Source: Callorhinchus milii (Eukaryota). From it: a stretch of 64,000 nt of DNA. The notes below the pieces were generated by a model, which was not told where the DNA came from, did no database searches, and saw only the letters and a list, made by a program, of their open reading frames with translations. The stretch is from assembly GCF_018977255.1 (NCBI RefSeq), contig NW_024704769.1, positions 2,046,001 to 2,110,000 on the forward strand, given 5' to 3'. The translations under genes and the position numbers were made by a program. Shown here one piece after another: positions 51,120 to 64,000 of this stretch (position 1 is the first letter of the stretch; every line of letters starts with the position of its first letter).

Positions 51120-54100
51120 CGGGGGAACCTCACCCCCACCCTGACAACAGCTGCTGTGTTGGGCATTGAAAGGCGTCTGGGAAACACCCCCCCCCCCACC
51201 CACCACCTTTTGAACGGGGGAAAGGGGATCGTGTTTAATGACGGAACAAGAAACACAGACAAAGTTGCGGGTCGATTTTTTTTAAACCAAGAGGTGATTT
51301 TCGAGGCCGCGAAGGAATTCGAGGCAGGAGTTTCCGCGGGTCACCGCGCACGACGGCGTCTTCTTCATCCGCGTCACCCATCGCTGCCCAGAACTGCCGA
51401 GGGCGGTATCTGTGTATCACAGAGCGAGAGAGGAGGAGGAGGAGAGAGGGAGGGGAGGGGAGAGGTGAGATCGAGCTTGAGCCCCACGCTGATGCAAAGT
51501 GCCGTGCTGGCCACTGTTCCCGTGTTGGGGAGCGTGTCTTTCCCGTGTGGGGAGTGGGCGGGCCTCGTGTTCCCATGTTGGGCGGAGCGTGTGTTTCCCG
51601 TGTTAAGACTGCTTGAGACCAAATTTCGAGCAGCTTTGCCAGGCTAAGCTGCCACTCCCCTCCTCCCCCCCCCCTCACTTCCTCACGCACACACTCACAT
51701 CGCACGCACTCACTCCTCACACGCACTCACACAGAGTTAATCTCCCTCTCAATCTTTCTCTAGGTGCTTAACATTCCCTCTGCCTTTGCTTGTGCTCTCC
51801 TCTCCTTCCCCCCCTCCGCCACTCCAATTAATTTATTTGTGCTAATCCCTTGGGGGCTGGATTTTAGCCACACATGGACCCTTGTGTGTGTGTTGGGGGG
51901 GGCGGTGTGGGGGGGAGGAATCTGAAATTCCAAACTCAACGCTCCTAGTTTTCCTGATTCCATGTGAAAGTGAGGAGCAGTGACTATGGCTGGGGGTGGG
52001 GGGGGAACAAGGAGAGAAAGAGTACCTCGTTGCGTGGGTGGGGAGAGTCTGCCGAACATTCCTTACGCACATTCCCGTTTCCTCCCGGGGTGGGTGGTGG
52101 GGTGGGGGTGGAGTGGGTGGCGCTGTGATACCTCCCCTGCATTGTCAGAGATGCATCCTTCAGATGAGACGTTAAACCTCACTCCCCGTCTGGCTGCCCG
52201 TTCAGGCGGACGTTAAAGATCTTCCATGGCGCTGGTGTAAACGAGAAGGGGTTTCTCTCTATCTCTCGCGGTGTCCTGGCCAACAATCCCACAGATAAGC
52301 TTGTTCACTTCACAGCTTTTTTGCAGGGAAAGTCGCTGTGTCTGCTGTTCGGCCATAAAAAGAGCTCTGAGACGCTACCCTGCCTGGGGCGCGCTGTGTG
52401 AGAACAAGTTGTTGTTCAAGTGGCAAATAGTCACTGCACTTGGCAGTAATTCTGTGCGACGTGCTTTGAGACGTCCGTTTCGATGTTACTGGCCCTCTTC
52501 ACCCGGTAGCCACTCAGCGTCTCCAGGCACTTCACAGGCAATTAATTGTAAAGTGTATTTAGCAAACACGGCGACCGTTTGCACACAGCGATGTTCCAGA
52601 CACAGCCTCGAAGTGAATGACTGGGGATTGTCAGCCAGGACACCGGGTTAGAGAGGGAAACTACCCACTCTTTTCTTACAGCGCCATGGGATCTGTAACG
52701 TCCGTCTGAGCAGGACAGGACTTCGGGTTGATGTCTCATCCGAAAGAAGGTGCCTTCGGCAAAGCGGCGCTCTCTCTCTCTCTCCTCTCTCCCAGAGCTG
52801 AGGTTGCAGATTTTTGGGGGTTGGTGCAAAAGGGGCTGCCGTGCCGGTCTGTAGTGTGCTGTGCGGGGGTCTGATCCATGTATGTATGTCTGTGTGTGTG
52901 TGAGGAGAGCTCTTATCTAACGATCTGTCCGTCTCTCTGTCTGCCAAATCACCCACTTGGGGAGGGGTGAGAAACGTCTCTTTCCCACTTTCCCAGTGAC
53001 CCACTGGATTTGAGAACGGTGGGAAAGGCCGGCGGTTTGAAATTGACTCCGGGGGAGAAACGTTTCCCATCACTTTGACTTCAGTTCCTCGCACAAGGAG
53101 GGCTGGTGATTTGAAATTGTGTGATATTGATTTGAACGAAGCTCAGATCTCCCCCCACCTCTCCCCACTCACTGTACTGGGCTTTAATGTGCGACACTGG
53201 GAATATCTGCCCCTTTTATCAGAAATTCACTCTCGGTCTCAGCCTGCAGTTCATCCTGCCTTAAAGTGTGAGACGCTCTGCGGGAGGGAAGCCCCCCACT
53301 CACTCACCTCAACCTCGGGGGAGTTTTGGATGCGGGTTAGTGAGAGCCAAAGGTTATGGAGACAAGAGTGCGTTGGGGGTTAACGACGATACTAACCGCT
53401 GAAACCAAAGCACTCTCTGGCAAGTTTCCCATTGTTTGACTTTCAGGCACGACGGGCACACAGGCTAAGCCTTGATGGAATTTGGGGGCCTTTTGTTCAA
53501 TGAGGGGGTTACAACCTACCCTCGACTGTGGCCGTTTCCTGCTGTGCAGGAGCACAGTCTATCGATTCCCCAGACATGGTACGGGGAGGCATTTGTTTCC
53601 CCTCCCGCGGACCATTTCATTGCTCGGTTGATCCAGCGCCTTTCACGTCACGAGGACCTCTCCCAGCGCTTCGCTATAAAGTGTAGTGACTTGTTTTGTA
53701 AAGGAACATTTAGTCTAATTTTATAGAGTCCAAAAGCACAGTGTTACACTGAGGTCGGGCTGGAGTCACCCAGAGCCTTTCTATTAGGGAAACCACTGGC
53801 AGATTTGGGTCCAAAGCAACTTGGTTTTATGTGTGTGTGTGTGTGTGCGCCATTGTGTGAGGATACAAAGCTATGGGAACCAAAGCCCACGTTAGCAGAG
53901 CAGAGCTGTAGCCTCGCCAGCATCGAGAGAGGCTTTAATCCTGTGATTCACTGCCGATCTCCTCTGACCGACTGACCCACAGGAAGGCAATAACAGGAAT
54001 CAACCTTTGAATGACTTTTATTAAAGAAATTGCACTTTTACATCAAACCATGTCTTCCAATAAGGAACCTTTGCACTCCCAGCGGGGAAAGTCTTTTATT

Positions 54101-57100
54101 GATGGAGTATATTTTTCTGAGGCAAAACGTTTTGTGTGGTTGTATTTGTGGCCGGGGAGTGAGAGACAGAGCTCCTCTCTGTGCTCAGCAGCGAGCCACC
54201 TCTCGCACCATCGCTGCTTGGCTCCATTTGACGTGGGACCTTTGAGTAACTCGGTCGCAGGTCAAGCCTGAAATTATAGTCTGCTCGCTCCGGGCTCCAT
54301 TCCCTGTGAGCTCACTAACAGTCCAGGCTGTGTGTGTATACAGTAAACCTCACATAAGTTGTATCAGTTGGGACCATATAGTTAATATGACTTGTGCAAT
54401 GTACAGTAAAACTTGTATACTTGGCATAAGTCGTATTAAATCTATGGTCCCAACTGATATGATTTGTGTGAGGTTTTACTGTATGAGTTATGTCAAACTT
54501 GCATAGAATATAATTTCCTGAACAGGACTCAAGCAGATGTACCACTTAGGGCGATTATACGACTTATACAGATCAGACTTGTGTGGGTTTTACTGTATTG
54601 CCCGCTCCCTCACACGTGGAATAATCTTGATACTAAATTGGTCAACAATCCTGTGAGATTATCACAGCGTTTTTTGGTTGAGTGGTTTAAATGGGTATTT
54701 TTGTATTTTAAACGCACCTGAATCAGCGTTGCAGTGTGAAGCTGGGACCAAAAGTTATTTGAAATAAAGGGCTTTATTTCCTTTTTAATCCAAAACACAG
54801 CCTGGGCAGCCAACACTGATCAGACTCCCATTCCCATCCATCTAACTAACTAACTAACAGGATTGACCCCGGCAGCACTTGACCGCTTAACCCTTTCCTT
54901 TCCAGCGATTGATCCCTTAGCTTTCTTCCGCGGGGGTGGGAGAGGAGGAGGGAGAGAGGGGAATGGGCAACGTGAAAGGCTTCCTGAATAACTGCACCAA
55001 AAGAAACAAGCAATCATCAAACCTCTTCAATTTAATTCTGGAACATTGAATAATATTCAGACGTTTGTGTGAAATGAGCTCTGGCCAGTACAAAGGAGGG
55101 CAGATGGGGTTAAAAGTGCATTTTTCCTTTTGTGGTTTTATTTTTCATTTAGTTTTTTTTTAAAAAAACAACATAATTAGCATCTTGTTTTCCGAGTTCT
55201 GTCTGCTCTTTGTCCGAACAGGGGGCCAAGCAGGCTGCCTCACTAAACCGAGAGAACGATCTGACCGATCCTCTGTTAAAATAACTGTATTTTTCCCTGT
55301 TTGCGAGACGTATCAATGGGCTTTGAAAGTCAGGAACGGATTCTGTGGCGTTACTGTATTTATTTGCAAATGAGATTTAATCTGTATATTTTTGTGATTT
55401 TATTTCCCTCTTCTCTCTCCTCCCTTGCCTTGCCCTGACCCGAACTGGTCGCTTCGAGGTGTTTTATTTTGCGTTCTTTTTCCTTTCAAACGAAACCGAG
55501 TCGGTCTGCGAAAATCTCTGTGTCCGCCTCAGTACGTTTTCTACCCTGCAGCAGACTAGAGCCCCTTATTGACTGTTAAGAGATGACTGAAACCTGATTC
55601 CGAGACCAGCAAATTCACCTTTCCGTTTGACCAAGCAACCCAGCCAGACCTTTGTCATTCTTTCCCTCTAATAACTTGGCACCAATTTTCCAGTTTAGGA
55701 TTGTCTTTTTGTAGTCCTTTCTCGACCTGCACGTCGTCATTCGGACGTGAATTAGTGCTATTGAAACATCGCTCGTTCCCCACGCACTATTGACACATGC
55801 AGTATCGTTTGGAGAGAAAGAGAGAGAAAAAGTGTATTATATTTCTCTATTAAAAAATAATTTTCATCTGTTGTGAATTTATTCCCCCTTTCTTAAAAGA
55901 AAGTCACGTTTGGTGACTTGAACCCCAGGAGGGTTTTATTGATGCAGTTTTGTGTTGATTTTTTAAATATATAATCATTTTATTTCAGCTAGCGCTTGTT
56001 AATAGAAAGTCTCAAAGGATCCATTGTCATTTCTGTCGAGGAGAGTGACTGTTTTGTGGGCAAACACAGAAACATCTTGCAGACAGCCCTGAGATGATAA
56101 ATTGGTCATTTGTCCCAGAGCTATTTGTGGGACATTGCTGGGTGTAACTGGCTGCCGCATTTCACCCAGTCACTCCATTTTACAACAGATCTCCAATTTC
56201 TCAAAGCGCTTCACAGGATTCAACAACAACAACAAGATTCCATTTATAGAGCGCCTTTCACGTCGGGAGGACATTCACTGCAAAGTAGTGTCTATATGTT
56301 TTGTAGGCAAATGTGGCAGCCGATTTGTGCAGAGCGATATCCTACAAAGAGCCATGAACTGAATGATCAACTCCTGTTAACTCTACAAGCCAAAGACGTA
56401 ACAGGTAAGGTGGTCCTAACTGGACAAGCGGTGGGAAAGCATCAATGACAAGCTATGTGTGGGTTTAGCTGGTTAGATTCCAGCAGTTACCCCAACCCAT
56501 ACACTGGGGTCCCCAAGCCTTGGCTCTTGCCAACGTGTGTCTAATACTTTCTGGAATTAGGTTAGCAGGATATGTCCCTCCAGAGAGTGCACATTTCACT
56601 CCCAACAATCTATCTGGGATTTCCACGTCTGGTGGGACGTGTGCAATTTAGATGGTTCATAGTGATGGGTTTCCGCATGTGCCAGACACCCAGCTGGCCA
56701 AAGAAAAACTGAATGGCCAATTGTGGATTGTCCAAAACACCAGGAGAAACTCCTGTTTTTAAATCGTGCCCTGGGATCTTTAATATCTACTTGAACAGGC
56801 AACGGGGCCTCAATTCAACGTCTCACTCAACAACAATCGTGTTTTGGACTGTCAAGATAGATGATATGAGTTCCAAGTCCCGACGTGGGGCTTAAACCCA
56901 GAACCTTCTGACTCAGAGGCAAGAAACCTAGACTGGGAAAGGCTGACACCCAAACACACAATGAGCTGAATGGCTTCTCTGTGCAGTAAATGGCTATGGG
57001 TTCCCCACAGAGCAGGGATTTGTATTATTCCTTTTTGGTTGTGTTTTGAGTTTGACCCAAGGCCTCTAGGAAAGGTTGGGAGGGCAGCATTGGAGCCAAG

Positions 57101-57777
57101 CAGTTGCCAAGACGATCTGAAAGTTTGTGAGATTGGACGGGTCGAGGGGTGGGGGAAAGGAATGTTACGCTGGGATTTTCCATGGTGATTTCTGAGCTGG
57201 TTTCAGTCATAAGATCACATTCCGCTGATGGATTACACCACCTGAGGCGTTCGCCCATTCCCAGCCAGCTTTGTGTTTCTGTACTCTCGGTGGTTGAACA
57301 GTAACCTCAGTCACTCGTCTGAAGCAACTCCCAATGACACTAACAAGCAAAATTAGTGTCTGAAAAACACTATATTGCTGTGTCTCCAAACAAGTGTCCA
57401 AACCCAATTACTGAGGGGTTCCTCTAAGGGGTGAAAATGTTTGTGAATATTTATCTGGCATGGAATGCACTCTCTCTCCCTGGAGGGACTCACCCTGTTT
57501 ACATAATTTCTGAGAGTCAGGATCGACATCCTGACTGATAATCTCCCAGATAAAATCAATTCACGCCGGTTTGTGGGGCATTGGTGTGCAATATACAAAA
57601 CTGACTGCCACAAAATGCACAGTCATTACACTTAACAGTAAAATCCTGTGACGCGCTTTGTAAAATCTGAACGTAATAAGGCGCGATATCAAATGCAAGG
57701 ATTTTTATTATCTATTAATATAACTCTGCGTCAGTCAGTGTATAACGCTGTGTGTAATATTCTCGTCAGTCGGTGTG

Positions 57778-58385
57778 TGTAACTCTCACTCTCTGTATAT
57801 CACTCTTTGTGTAACACACCCTCTCTGTGTAAGTCTCTCAACCTCTATATCATCCTCTGTAAGTCTGTATCTCCCTCTCTCTGTGTAACACTCTCTGTAT
57901 ATCACTCTCTCTGTATAACACTCTGCATATCACTTTCTCTGCATAACACTCTGTGTATCACTCTCTCTGTAAATAACACTTTCTGTATATAACACTTTCT
58001 GCATATAACATTCTGTATATCACTCCCTCTGTATAATACTCCCTGTATATCACACTCTCTATATATAACACTCTGTATATCACTCTCTCTGTCTCTCTCT
58101 GTGTAACACTCTCTGTATATCACTCTCTGTATATAACACTCTCTATATATCCAACTCTCCCTGTATATCACTCTCTATATATAACACTCTGTATATCACT
58201 CTCTCTGTCTCTCCGTTAACACTCTGTATATCACTCTCTCTGTCTCTCTCTGTGTAACACTCCCTGTATATCACTCTCTGTATAACACTCTGTATATCAC
58301 TCTCTCTGTGTAACACTCCCTGTATATCACTCTGTATATCATTCTCTCTGTGTATAACACTCTCTGTATATCACTCTCTCTGTAT
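57778..58385. repeat. Mirror copy of the 12-14-bp tandem array
   Basis: Reverse complement of 26400-27005 with unit-number differences. Confidence 0.9.
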
Positions 58386-58454
58386 GTACCTCTAACACTG
58401 GTTCCTCTCGTGCTATTGGTTGACCTTCTTCCCTCGCCTCAACCTACCTTGGAG

Positions 58455-58573
58455 GGCCGTGTGATTGGTCGGGGCGGGGGGCAGCGGCCGGCTGTGATTG
58501 GCTGGCCCCGCCCATTCAGGGGCGTGGCGCGGCGGCGAGGAGTTTGGTTGCGCGGGCGGCCGGGAAACCAAAG

Positions 58574-58582
<9 letters not shown>
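58455..58582 (+). promoter_or_regulatory. Duplicate CNNM3 promoter (two ATTGG boxes, GC boxes, YY1-like motif)
   Basis: Reverse complement of 26205-26330 with a few substitutions. Confidence 0.6.
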
Positions 58583-63820
<5,238 letters not shown>

Positions 63821-64000
63821 GTGAGAGCGACGGGAATCGCTGGCGTTCGAGGGCAACCGTGTGCTCGCGTTTCACCCACAAAACGCACAGTCGCTACACT
63901 GGACGGTGTGTCCCGCGGAGCGCTTGGAGACGTCTCTTAAGGCGCGATGAGGCGCCGGGTCAAACGGCAGGACTATTATTGTTAACAGCAGCAAGAGATT

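Overview
Vertebrate genomic DNA, most likely a cartilaginous fish (inferred from dense tRNA-head/Deu-type SINEs with L2-like tails plus CR1 and L2 3' fragments). Gene order: BIN3 last exon (+), a complete 18-exon PRKG1beta-like cGMP-dependent kinase in 11.6 kb (-), a 2-exon profilin (-), CNNM3 (-), CNNM4 exons 2-7 (-), and internal exons of LMAN2L (+). About 21.0-40.5 kb is repeated in inverted orientation at about 44.3-64.0 kb, giving second CNNM4 and CNNM3 copies (+). Both inner junctions sit in the same 41-bp tandem repeat, the first exons of CNNM4 and LMAN2L are missing, and the copies carry complementary lesions, so a haplotype or repeat-mediated misassembly is the simplest reading. The best biological leads are an antisense copy of kinase exon 15 with its splice acceptor inside intron 16, the compact PRKG paralogue, the profilin with unusual intron structure, and substitutions in the CNNM3 CBS2 motif. 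No prokaryote-type system is visible. Homology calls are from recalled protein sequences, not database searches.
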